DNA of 64,000 nucleotides. It comes from Geopsychrobacteraceae bacterium. GTDB lineage: Bacteria > Desulfobacterota > Desulfuromonadia > Desulfuromonadales > Geopsychrobacteraceae. The translations under genes were made by a program, and so were the position numbers. Below are positions 8,123-16,824 of this stretch, in pieces (position 1 is the stretch's first letter; every line of letters starts with the position of its first letter). Location of the stretch: NCBI GenBank assembly GCA_035267105.1, contig DATFMC010000034.1, positions 4,369 to 68,368 of the forward strand, read 5' to 3'. The notes below the pieces were generated by a model that was not told the DNA's origin, did no database searches, and was given only the letters and a program-made list of their open reading frames with translations.

Positions 8123-9508
8123 ATGCTGCAGGTAGTACCGAGCTCGCCCTTTGCCATCCCTAATATCCGTCTGTTTATTCTCTTCAGGGTGCTGTTCAAT
8201 GCCCGTTTCTATTACCCGGTTTTTTCGATCTTATTTCTCGATTTCGGGCTGACCCTTGCGCAGTTTGCCGTTTTGAATGCTGTCTGGGCGGCGACAATTG
8301 TGCTTTGTGAAGTCCCATCCGGTGCACTGGCCGACACCATCGGCCGCCGCAACCTGCTGGTCTTTGCCGGGCTGATGATGGTGATTGAAATCACCCTGTG
8401 GGCATTCGTTCCACGTGACAACCTGCAACTCCTGTTCTGGGTTTTTGTCCTGAATCGCATTTTGAGCGGGATGGCCGAAGCCGCCGCCAGTGGAGCGGAC
8501 GAAGCGCTCGCTTATGACAGCCTGAAGCAGGAAGGGAAGATTGAAGACTGGGGACATGTGCTGGAACGTCAAATTCAGTTTCAATCCGCCGGATTTGTAA
8601 TCGCCATGACTCTGGGTGGTGTACTCTACGATCCAAACCTGATGCAGATCGTGACTGATTTTCTGGGGATGGAGTGGTCGATCTCCCAGGAAACAACCTT
8701 GAGAGTTCCGATTTACCTGACATTGATTACGGCATTGCTGACTCTGTGGACGACCCTGATGATGAAGGAGCCTGGCGACCACATGGCCGCCGAGAAATCC
8801 GACTCTGTTTCAAAGACATTCCGTTTAACCTTTCGTGCTGGCCGCTGGATTTTTCAAACCCCATTCGTCCTCTGTGTCATCCTGGCAGGGCTTCTGTTCG
8901 ACAGCGTGGTCCGTATGATACTGACCATGGCCAGCCAATATTACCGGCTGATCGATATCCCAGAGTCTCTGTTCGGTATTCTTGGTTCTGCCCTGGCCCT
9001 GTTCGGAATTATCATCCCCAGAATAGCCAGAGGGATGAGTGAACACCGAACACCGGCCTTCAACCTGGCTGTCGTCGCCGCGATTGCTCTGTCGGGCATG
9101 GTCGGAATGTGCTTTTTCTGGCCGGTATGGGGATTGCTACCAGCGCTGTTGCTCTTCTCCACCATGTATTTCATCGGATTCTTCGTCAGTCACTATCTCA
9201 ATCGGTCGACCACTTCTGATCAACGCGCCACAGTTCTCAGTTTCAAGGGACTGTTCTTCAACCTGGGCTACGGTCTGATCGGGATCATGTATTCAATTTT
9301 ACTGGCATTTCTACGTGGACGAACCGAGCAGTTCCAACCGGAGCTGACAGGCGACTCCATCAAAAATCAAGTATTTATCGATGCGATGATCTGGTTTCCG
9401 GGATATTTCGCTCTGGCTTTGGCAGGTCTGCTGGGCTTTTCTCTCTGGGCCTTGCGTAACAGCAAAGAACCTCATCAGACCAAAGGAGACACAGAGAAAA
9501 TAGCATAA
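8123..9508 (+). CDS. MFS transporter
   Basis: 461-aa ORF with about 12 predicted TM helices. GALADTIGRRN matches the MFS loop 2-3 motif. Confidence 0.8.
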   Translation: MLQVVPSSPFAIPNIRLFILFRVLFNARFYYPVFSILFLDFGLTLAQFAVLNAVWAATIVLCEVPSGALADTIGRRNLLVFAGLMMVIEITLWAFVPRDNLQLLFWVFVLNRILSGMAEAAASGADEALAYDSLKQEGKIEDWGHVLERQIQFQSAGFVIAMTLGGVLYDPNLMQIVTDFLGMEWSISQETTLRVPIYLTLITALLTLWTTLMMKEPGDHMAAEKSDSVSKTFRLTFRAGRWIFQTPFVLCVILAGLLFDSVVRMILTMASQYYRLIDIPESLFGILGSALALFGIIIPRIARGMSEHRTPAFNLAVVAAIALSGMVGMCFFWPVWGLLPALLLFSTMYFIGFFVSHYLNRSTTSDQRATVLSFKGLFFNLGYGLIGIMYSILLAFLRGRTEQFQPELTGDSIKNQVFIDAMIWFPGYFALALAGLLGFSLWALRNSKEPHQTKGDTEKIA

Positions 9509-9684
9509 AACAGCTTCGCAGCAATTTTTCGGGGGGGGGACGGTTTGTTTCATCAGCTTGGAAAGCGAAACCTTCTGCAGCTGTGTACCAAGCCGAATCG
9601 AAAGCTTTTCTACGATCAGCACTCTCTTTAAAAATGCTGAGACAGCAATCGAATTGCTCTGCTATAGTGGTCGGCGGAGGCGCT

Positions 9685-10515
9685 ATGAATAGAACCCGAC
9701 TCTGGCAAAAACTTACCCACTTCTCACCCCCGCTGATCTCTCTTCAGCTTATTATTCTCATCTCTTTGTCTGGTTGCAGCACTTCTCAACCATCCCCACA
9801 GATTATTGATAATTCAGATCCCATTGCTCGATTTCTTGAGCAAAAAGCCATCCCGGCCGAAAGCTCCGAGTTAAAAAGTATGGGATTTTCTGTGCAGGTT
9901 GGAGCATTTTCGAACATTGAAAATGCTGTCAGGCAAGAAAAACATCTTGTACAGAAGGGGATTGATGCCTATCACTTCCGTCACGAATCAGGTCTTTATA
10001 AAGTGAGGTTTGGTGACTACTCCACCTATGCATCAGCACGACGAGATGCCGAGACGCTGAACAAGCAGGACATTATCGGGCACTTTTTTATTATCATCCC
10101 TGAAGACTACGCTGCGTCACGAATCCACAGAACCGGTCAGGGAGATATCAGGGAAGAACTGGTCAAAACCACCCGACGCTTTTTGGGGGTACCCTATCGC
10201 TGGGGAGGGACAACGGAAGACGGATTCGATTGCAGCGGTCTGACCATGGTCAGTTATCGACTGAACGGACTCAACCTGCCCAGAGTGTCCAGAAACCAGT
10301 TCAAGAAAGGACGCTATGTCCCCAAGTCGAAGCTGCTTAAAGGGGATCTGGTCTTTTTTGCGACGGAGGGGGGGAAACGGGTCACGCATGTCGGGATGTA
10401 TATCGGCGATGGAAACTTCATTCACGCCCCCCGAACCGGAAAGACGGTACGGGTTGCCAGCCTGTCAAACAGTTTCTTCAGGCGCACCTACGTTGGCGGC
10501 AGGACCTACCTCTAA
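9685..10515 (+). CDS. SPOR-domain / NlpC-P60 (C40) peptidoglycan hydrolase lipoprotein
   Basis: GGAGG RBS. Lipobox LSGCS. SPOR-like FSVQVGAFSNIENA...YKVRFGDY. NlpC/P60 catalytic region PYRWGG...FDCSGL...HVGMYIG. Confidence 0.85.
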   Translation: MNRTRLWQKLTHFSPPLISLQLIILISLSGCSTSQPSPQIIDNSDPIARFLEQKAIPAESSELKSMGFSVQVGAFSNIENAVRQEKHLVQKGIDAYHFRHESGLYKVRFGDYSTYASARRDAETLNKQDIIGHFFIIIPEDYAASRIHRTGQGDIREELVKTTRRFLGVPYRWGGTTEDGFDCSGLTMVSYRLNGLNLPRVSRNQFKKGRYVPKSKLLKGDLVFFATEGGKRVTHVGMYIGDGNFIHAPRTGKTVRVASLSNSFFRRTYVGGRTYL

Positions 10516-10562
10516 CCAAAGAGCCAGACTGTTTTTTCTGCGCTTCACCTCAACTTGGCCTG

Positions 10563-11249
10563 TCAGCGCTGCTGAACCAGGTTCAGGCCCAGATTAATCA
10601 GCAAAGCCACCCCCAGGAGAACCAGGCCCAAAGCCAGACCAAAAGCAAACTCTCCCTTACTGGTCTCCAGGGCGATGGCGGTCGTCATGGTTCGCGTCGT
10701 ACCGCGGATATTGCCACCGAGCATCATCGCCACTCCGACCTCGGCAATCACGCGGCCGAAACCGGCGATCACCGCCGCCATCACACCGAAACGGATTTCC
10801 CGTAACAATTGTCGCGCGGCCTGAAGCCGTGAAGCACCGAGCGTCAGCGCTGTATTGATAATACGCTTGTCGGCTCCGGCCACGGACGCCAGGACCAGAT
10901 TGGCAATGATCGGCGTTGCCAACACTGTCTGTCCGGCAATCATTGCCATCGGGGTAAACAGCAGGCCGAGTGGCCCGAGCGGCCCCTGGCGACTGAAGAG
11001 CCCAAACAACACCAGGCCGACCACCACCGTCGGCAGCGCCATCAGCGTGTTAAGCAGGGCCAACAGCAATCGGCGCCCACGGAAGCTGTCGATCCCTAGC
11101 CACAGCCCGGTCGGGACCCCGATCAACGTCGCCAGCACGATGGCGCAAGTGGAGGTATAGAGGGAGGTCCAGACAGTCATCTGGACCTCCCGATCAAAAC
11201 TGATGATCAGTTCAATGGCTGTCAGCAGTGAATCGGTCAAATAACCCAA
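10563..11249 (-). CDS. tupB: Tungstate ABC transporter permease
   Basis: 228-aa ABC permease, 9 nt downstream of the TupA-like gene. Confidence 0.75.
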   Translation of the reverse strand: MGYLTDSLLTAIELIISFDREVQMTVWTSLYTSTCAIVLATLIGVPTGLWLGIDSFRGRRLLLALLNTLMALPTVVVGLVLFGLFSRQGPLGPLGLLFTPMAMIAGQTVLATPIIANLVLASVAGADKRIINTALTLGASRLQAARQLLREIRFGVMAAVIAGFGRVIAEVGVAMMLGGNIRGTTRTMTTAIALETSKGEFAFGLALGLVLLGVALLINLGLNLVQQR

Positions 11250-11258
11250 TTTGAAACC

Positions 11259-12059
11259 CTAATCGGCCACGTAAAAGAGCTGCTCGCCGCCCTTGCGGAA
11301 TCCGGTGATCAGAGTACGGGCCTGTCCCGACGTCACGTAATCGAGGAACTTCCTCGCTAGATCAACTTTGACATGCGAGTGTTTCGCCGGATTGACCATA
11401 ATGACTCCATAGGGATTGAAAAGACCCTCATCGCCTGCGACAGCAATCTGCAGATCAGTTTTTTCCTTGAACGCAATATAGGTTCCGCGGTCGCTCAGAG
11501 TATAGCCCTGGCGCTCACCGGCCATGACAATCACTTCGCCCATGCCGCGACCCGCTTCCAGATACCAGACACCGGCCGGTGCGACAGAGGCTTTCTTCCA
11601 CAGTTGCTTTTCGCGGGAATGGGTCCCTGAATCGTCACCCCGGGAGACAAAGGTGCTGCCGCTGGCGGCGATCTTGGCCATGGCGGCAACGGCGTCACTG
11701 GTCCCCTTGATACCGGCGGGATCCCCGGCCGGGCCGAGAATAACAAAATCGTTATACATGACATCGCGGCGATCAACGCCGAACCCGTCGGCGACAAATT
11801 TGTCTTCCTTGCTGCGGGCATGGACCATGACCACGTCAACGTCGCCGCTTTCTCCAAGTTTGATCGCCTTGCCAGTACCGACCGCGATGACATCGACCTT
11901 GCAGTCGTTGGCCTGCTCAAACGGCGGCAGCAGTTCAGCGAGCAGGCCGGAGTTTTCTGTCGAAGTGGTCGTCGCCAGGCGCAGGTGCTCGGCGGCCAAT
12001 GCGGAACCGGCCAGAAACACCAGGCATGTCAGCAGAATCCCTATTTTCAGCGTTTTCAC
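11259..12059 (-). CDS. tupA: Tungstate-binding periplasmic protein (GTG start)
   Basis: Signal peptide followed by LATTTSTENSGLL (the TupA TTTS anion-binding motif). AGGAGAGAG RBS. Confidence 0.8.
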   Translation of the reverse strand: MKTLKIGILLTCLVFLAGSALAAEHLRLATTTSTENSGLLAELLPPFEQANDCKVDVIAVGTGKAIKLGESGDVDVVMVHARSKEDKFVADGFGVDRRDVMYNDFVILGPAGDPAGIKGTSDAVAAMAKIAASGSTFVSRGDDSGTHSREKQLWKKASVAPAGVWYLEAGRGMGEVIVMAGERQGYTLSDRGTYIAFKEKTDLQIAVAGDEGLFNPYGVIMVNPAKHSHVKVDLARKFLDYVTSGQARTLITGFRKGGEQLFYVAD

Positions 12060-12142
12060 CCTTTACTCTCTCCTACAAAATGAAATTAAAAATCCTTGCG
12101 CATGAAAGGCGTAAACAGGCGCACCCAATCGCGCGTCTGTAC

Positions 12143-12240
12143 GTCTCCTTTCCAAACGGGAGGTCCGGTCGTTTCCCACCGAACCCAACGGTTCCAAAGC
12201 CACGACCAGCGTCGACAGGTTCTGGAACTCGGGGAATGAC
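12143..12240 (-). promoter_or_regulatory. Moco/Tuco-class riboswitch aptamer (copy 1, in front of tupA-tupB)
   Basis: Minus-strand RNA: CAUUCCCCGAGUUCC...GGUGGGAAACGACCGGACCUCCCGUUUGGAAAGGAGAC. The 5' CCGAG box, the GAAA-capped hairpin and the 3' CCUCCCGUUUGGAAAGG core match my memory of the Moco RNA motif. A paralogue lies at 13088..13187. Confidence 0.75.
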
Positions 12241-12293
12241 AATCAATAGGTATTTGTTGATTCTGTTTTATGGGCCCCTTAAAAAACCGGTGG

Positions 12294-12995
12294 CTATCCC
12301 TGGACCCGGCACAGGGGCTGATAATAGCGTTGTCCTTCACTTTTGGCCATCTGCAACTCTCCGTCCGACAGGGTAATGATCTCCCCACCGAGCCGCTCCG
12401 GTTGCCGGTCATCATGGGTAGCGATAACGACCGTGATTCCCTGCTGCGGCAGACCAACCAGAAAACGTTCCAGCATTACGACCTGACCACCATCAAGGTT
12501 GGCGGTCGGCTCGTCAAGCAACAGCAGTTTAGGCTGCAAAACCAGCGCGCGCGCCAACGCGACCCGACGCGCCTCGCCGCCGGAAAGCTCTCTGGCGGGG
12601 CGTTGGGCAAAACCCTGCAGTCCGGTGGTCTCAAGGGCCTCTTCGATGCGCAGTTGCTGTTCTTTGCCTCGAACCCCCCGCAGCTTCAAACCGAAAGCCA
12701 GATTCTGCTGGACGCTACCGGAAAACAGAAACGGATTCTGTTCCAACAGGGTGATCTGCTGACGCAAAACCTTTAGGGTTGTCGGTGTGAAACAGACCGG
12801 CTGCCCGTCAAACACCAATCTGCCACACTGTGGAGGCTGCAGCAGGGCCAGCAATTGCAACAGGGTGCTCTTGCCGGCGCCGTTTGACCCTTTCAAGGCA
12901 TAGAGGTGCCCGGTAATCAGACTCAACTGTTTCACCCGTAGAGAAAAATCTCCACGTTGTAACCGGACATTGTGCATCTCTAGAATTTTTGCCAT
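12294..12995 (-). CDS. tupC: Tungstate ABC transporter ATP-binding protein
   Basis: Walker A GSNGAGKST, signature LSGGE, Walker B LLLLDEP. The ATG at 12995 has a GAGG RBS. Confidence 0.75.
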   Translation of the reverse strand: MAKILEMHNVRLQRGDFSLRVKQLSLITGHLYALKGSNGAGKSTLLQLLALLQPPQCGRLVFDGQPVCFTPTTLKVLRQQITLLEQNPFLFSGSVQQNLAFGLKLRGVRGKEQQLRIEEALETTGLQGFAQRPARELSGGEARRVALARALVLQPKLLLLDEPTANLDGGQVVMLERFLVGLPQQGITVVIATHDDRQPERLGGEIITLSDGELQMAKSEGQRYYQPLCRVQG

Positions 12996-13011
12996 CAATC
13001 AGACCTCGGAT

Positions 13012-13040
13012 AAAAAAAGCTCCCTCCGGTTGGAAGAAGC
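13012..13040 (-). terminator. Intrinsic terminator, probably the expression platform of riboswitch copy 2
   Basis: GCUUCUUCC-AACC-GGAGGGAGC forms a 9-bp stem followed by UUUUUUU. It lies between the aptamer and the tupC RBS. Confidence 0.7.
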
Positions 13041-13087
13041 CCTGAAAACCACTGGTGGCAGACGAGCTGCAACAGCGGCTGTATTCA

Positions 13088-13187
13088 GGATCCCCTTTCC
13101 AAACGGGAGGCCCGGCCGTTTCCAGCCGCACCCATCGACCGACCACCATAAGGATATTTCCTCTTAGGCAGGGCGGTTCGGAGAACC
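13088..13187 (-). promoter_or_regulatory. Moco/Tuco-class riboswitch aptamer (copy 2, in front of tupC)
   Basis: Minus-strand RNA: GGUUCUCCGAACCGCC...GGUGGU...CGGCUGGAAACGGCCGGGCCUCCCGUUUGGAAAGGGGAUCC. P1 can form between GGUUCUCC and GGGGAUCC. It has a GAAA tetraloop hairpin and the same core as copy 1. Confidence 0.75.
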
Positions 13188-13203
13188 AATAACTTGTTTA
13201 TTT

Positions 13204-14619
13204 TCAGTTGCCGCGCTGTTTCTGCAGCGGCCTTTCATTCAAATCCTTGTTGCTGATAAGGGTCCCACGCAGACTGAAATAATCCTCCGGGGTGTTGATA
13301 TTTCGAAAACTCATCTCACCCGGATCTAGCTCCTGTATCTCTTTGCTGGGGATTTCGATCATTTTGACCTGATCGAAAAAGAGCATTATCCGCCGTTGCC
13401 CTGCATCGAGAATCTTCTCCATGGCTGGCAGACAACTCTTGCCATACAACGCATGGAGTGGTTCATGTCCGCTGCTACTACGGGGAATCACCATATCTCC
13501 CCGATCACCCTGGGCACAGATATGTCTAACGACTCGCGCTGAGACAAAAGGCATATCACAGCCGACGACGAAGATCTGATCATATTTCGCGTGGGCCAAT
13601 CCGGAATGGACCCCTGCCAGGGCTCCTTGAGAATAGTAGAGATCGGGGACCTTGCGGCAGTCTATATCCGAGTAAAGTTCCGGCGAGTTTGTGACGATCA
13701 CCACCTCGTCGAACAGAACTTTCATCCGTGTGTACGCATGATCGATAAAACGAGCGCCCTGGATCGGCAGCAGTGACTTGTCGCTCCCCATGCGCCGACT
13801 TTCACCACCAGCGAGAATAACACCGGTGACGCCGGGTACCCGTTCCGACCCATCCGAAAGCTGCAGTTTGCGGGGATGGCTGTACACTTCCAGCCCCGTC
13901 CCACGCAGGTAACCGACCAGAGTAATTCCAGCCTGTTCACACAGTTCAATCGCTTTGTCGGTCGGAGAGGTACGAGAGGCTATCAGACCGATCCCGAGCC
14001 GGGCCGCTTTAGCGACCATTTCGGTGGAGACCCGTCCCGAAGTTACAAGCATTTTGTCCTGCAAATCAAGACCGCGGAACAGGGCCTCTCCAGCCAAACG
14101 ATCCAGGGTATTGTGGCGTCCGATATCCTCGGCGCTGAGCAGCAATCCCGTTTCGTCACCGATTGCGGCAGAATGGATGCCTCCATGGTTACGATATTGT
14201 TCGGTCTGTTCGTTCAGTTCCTTCATCAGCCTGAACAGGTGATCAGTTCTGTAGCTTCGCTCCCTTCGGCAATCCTTCTCAAACAGACTCTGCGGCAAGT
14301 TATAGGCGATTCCAGTGCCACACCCCGAGGTGAGAGTCGGCTGCAATCGTTCGGGTAACTCACCCCGGATTCGAACCTCTGCCAGACCGTAGTCCTGGCA
14401 GACCCCGAGAGAGAGGAGATCATCAAGGGTACCGATAAACTCCTGTAGGCGGAAAAATCCGGCGAGCAAAAAATTGAGCTGGTGTGGTGAACAGACCAAT
14501 GTCGCCAATTCGCGACCGTTGACCCGCAATCGCAACGGATATTCTTCGACGACCCTTCGCTCTGCGTGCTCAATCCGACCCTGAACAACACGAATAATTT
14601 TACGAGCGGCCTTTTTCAT
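13204..14619 (-). CDS. fdhD: FdhD (formate dehydrogenase sulfurtransferase/chaperone) fused to MobA (molybdenum cofactor guanylyltransferase)
   Basis: The N-terminal ~270 aa are FdhD-like (EDIGRHNTLDRLAGEA, SGRVSTEMVAKA). The C-terminal ~190 aa are MobA-like (GVILAGGESRRMGSDKSLLP...CDMPF). Confidence 0.85.
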   Translation of the reverse strand: MKKAARKIIRVVQGRIEHAERRVVEEYPLRLRVNGRELATLVCSPHQLNFLLAGFFRLQEFIGTLDDLLSLGVCQDYGLAEVRIRGELPERLQPTLTSGCGTGIAYNLPQSLFEKDCRRERSYRTDHLFRLMKELNEQTEQYRNHGGIHSAAIGDETGLLLSAEDIGRHNTLDRLAGEALFRGLDLQDKMLVTSGRVSTEMVAKAARLGIGLIASRTSPTDKAIELCEQAGITLVGYLRGTGLEVYSHPRKLQLSDGSERVPGVTGVILAGGESRRMGSDKSLLPIQGARFIDHAYTRMKVLFDEVVIVTNSPELYSDIDCRKVPDLYYSQGALAGVHSGLAHAKYDQIFVVGCDMPFVSARVVRHICAQGDRGDMVIPRSSSGHEPLHALYGKSCLPAMEKILDAGQRRIMLFFDQVKMIEIPSKEIQELDPGEMSFRNINTPEDYFSLRGTLISNKDLNERPLQKQRGN

Positions 14620-14728
14620 GACGGTTAATCCTCAGCTTCCAGGCAAACGGAGGTGACCCTCTGACGTCAGTATGAAGCGATAGTATAGATTAACGCCTCT
14701 CTGTTGCAGGATCAATCCTTTTGCGACT

Positions 14729-14752
14729 GCGACCCTCCCACGGGAGGGTCGC
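14729..14752 (-). other. Perfect 11-bp inverted repeat (GC-rich hairpin) between the nrfD-like gene and fdhD-mobA
   Basis: GCGACCCTCCC-ac-GGGAGGGTCGC. No U-tract follows on either strand. Confidence 0.5.
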
Positions 14753-14767
14753 TATCAGACGTTGGAA

Positions 14768-15982
14768 TCAATGGGCCTTTGCTGCCGAACTATTCTTCGG
14801 CAGAGCATCCGATTCGATCTTGTGGAAATGGTCAGGGATCGAATAATCAACAGTTTCCGGATGATGTTCGAAAATCGGAAAGTAGCGGGCAATCAGAACA
14901 AAAAACAGAATATGCCCGGCGATAATTCCGATGGTGACCAACGACTCTATCACTGACGGATAATAGATCTGATTGGGATCCATCATGCCGAACATGGAAA
15001 CGTTAAAACGATTCAGGATCAGGCCGAAGATGACGAGACAGGCTGCAATCACCCGCCGACGATCATTGTCGCGGATCGATTTCTGCATAAACATGAAAAA
15101 TGGCAGAATAAAACCGAAGCCCAGTTCAAGAAAAAATAACAGGCTCAGTATCGGACGGTCGAAGAATGGTCCGTCCGACAGGGCGAACAGGCTGAACAGT
15201 CGAACAAAAATATAGAGCCCCAGACTCCAGGGCAGAATTTTAGCCAGAGTCCTCAGCAGCACCCCTTCATTCGGCTGCCCCATCCACTTGTGGCAGGCGC
15301 TCGCCTCTATGATTATAATGCACATTCCGGTGCAGATGGCGCTGATCCAGAACAGCAGCGGTAACAGCGGGTTGTACCAGAGGTTGTGCAGCTTATCGAC
15401 GGCGATCAGAAAAAACGTGCCGAGGGTTGACTGGTGCAGGGTTGAGATGGCAGCCGCCGCGACAACAAGGGGCATCTCGATCCAGCGCAGCAATCTCAGC
15501 GGAAGGTGCAGACCGAATCGTTCGCAGACCGGCGAGAGGAACTCGAGAAACAGGACGGTGGTGTATGCCGCCACGCACATGGAGACCTCAAACATCGGTG
15601 AATGAACGTTCCAGTAACGGAACACGTGCCAGCCACGCTGTGGCTGCCCCAGGTCGAGGAGCAAGCCGATGGAGACCAGCGAATAACCGAGAAAACCTGT
15701 GACAATGGCTGGTCGCACCAGCGGCTCAAGCTTTTTGATGCCGAAACAATGGACGATCGCTCCCAGGGTGAAGGCACCGGCCGCCAGGGGGACTGCCGTG
15801 ACAACATCAAAGGAGATCCAGAGCCCCCAGGGATAGGTGTCGTTGAGGTTGGTGGTGGCACCCAGACCGTAGACAAAGCGGAGCAATGATGCGACGACGC
15901 CAACTCCGACCAGTAGCATCATGACTTTGATGAACCAGTGATAGCTTATGATTTCGTTAGTAATACGACGTGCAGCGGTCAT
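14768..15982 (-). CDS. NrfD/PsrC-type integral membrane subunit of formate dehydrogenase
   Basis: 404-aa polytopic ORF. Its start overlaps the fdhB stop by 1 nt. NrfD-like helices. Confidence 0.8.
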   Translation of the reverse strand: MTAARRITNEIISYHWFIKVMMLLVGVGVVASLLRFVYGLGATTNLNDTYPWGLWISFDVVTAVPLAAGAFTLGAIVHCFGIKKLEPLVRPAIVTGFLGYSLVSIGLLLDLGQPQRGWHVFRYWNVHSPMFEVSMCVAAYTTVLFLEFLSPVCERFGLHLPLRLLRWIEMPLVVAAAAISTLHQSTLGTFFLIAVDKLHNLWYNPLLPLLFWISAICTGMCIIIIEASACHKWMGQPNEGVLLRTLAKILPWSLGLYIFVRLFSLFALSDGPFFDRPILSLLFFLELGFGFILPFFMFMQKSIRDNDRRRVIAACLVIFGLILNRFNVSMFGMMDPNQIYYPSVIESLVTIGIIAGHILFFVLIARYFPIFEHHPETVDYSIPDHFHKIESDALPKNSSAAKAH

Positions 15983-16824
15983 TATTGATCCTCCTTCAAC
16001 TCGATAACATCCAGTTCTGCTTGCTCGGCCTGTTGCTCTCTTTTCAGGCGTTCACGACGGTGAGTAATCCAGGAGAAGGCGGAAAGGCCGCCACCAACCG
16101 AAAGGAAGACCCCAGGAACCATACGCAGGGCCTGCCAGGTGTAGCCGGGCAAGGGGCGCAGGGTAACCGACTTGAAACCGAGCTCGTCGAACGGCAGGGA
16201 AGTCAGGTAGATAACAGAGGTGCCGCCTGCTTCCTCCTTGCCATAGACCTTGTTGATGTAGCGATCAGGATAGCGGGCCAGACGTTGCTCGGCCAGCTTG
16301 ATCATCTCGTCGCGCGGGCCGTAACTGATCGCCATTGCGCAAGCGGTTGCGCAGGCAGGCTCCAGCCCTTCCTTGATGCGGCCGTGACAACCGGTACATT
16401 TTTTGACCAGCGGCAAGCCCTTGCTCCATTCATACTTGGGCACACCGAAGGGACAGGCGATCATGCAGAACCGGCAACCGATGCAACGATCAGCCTTGTA
16501 GATGACTGGGCCCTCAGCCGTCTTCTCAAAGGCACCAACCGGACAGACCGAGGCACAGGCCGGCTCGTTACAGTGCATGCACATCTCTTTATAGAAAGCG
16601 AACTCGTTCTGTCCGTTCTTCTGAAAATCACGAAACTTGATCCGGGTGAAGGTGTACTCCGACATCGCAGGAGGGTTTTGATAGCCCTCGCCACTAAAAA
16701 ATTCCGTCTCTTCCGCCTCAAGTTGGTTCCATTGTTTGCAAGCTACCTGACAACCACGACAACCGGTGCACTTGGTCATATCGATCAGGAAGGCATTATT
16801 TTTTGAGGTATCTATTTTGCTCAT
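15982..16824 (-). CDS. fdhB: Formate dehydrogenase iron-sulfur subunit (4x[4Fe-4S] ferredoxin with a C-terminal TM anchor)
   Basis: Cys clusters CTGCRGCQVAC, CMHCNEPAC, CIGCRFCMIAC and CTGC...CATAC. ATGA overlap with fdhA. Confidence 0.9.
   Translation of the reverse strand: MSKIDTSKNNAFLIDMTKCTGCRGCQVACKQWNQLEAEETEFFSGEGYQNPPAMSEYTFTRIKFRDFQKNGQNEFAFYKEMCMHCNEPACASVCPVGAFEKTAEGPVIYKADRCIGCRFCMIACPFGVPKYEWSKGLPLVKKCTGCHGRIKEGLEPACATACAMAISYGPRDEMIKLAEQRLARYPDRYINKVYGKEEAGGTSVIYLTSLPFDELGFKSVTLRPLPGYTWQALRMVPGVFLSVGGGLSAFSWITHRRERLKREQQAEQAELDVIELKEDQ

Noticed and set aside
11999-12776. ORFs 11999..12376, 12086..12457 and 12270..12776 spanning the tupA-tupC spacer.
   Set aside because: They run through the riboswitch-like element and into tupC on the wrong strand or frame. 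The conserved RNA motif explains the region better.
14367-14377. GGATTCGAACC, which resembles the reverse complement of a tRNA T-arm.
   Set aside because: The flanking bases cannot form a T-stem or an acceptor stem, and the site lies inside the well-supported fdhD coding sequence.
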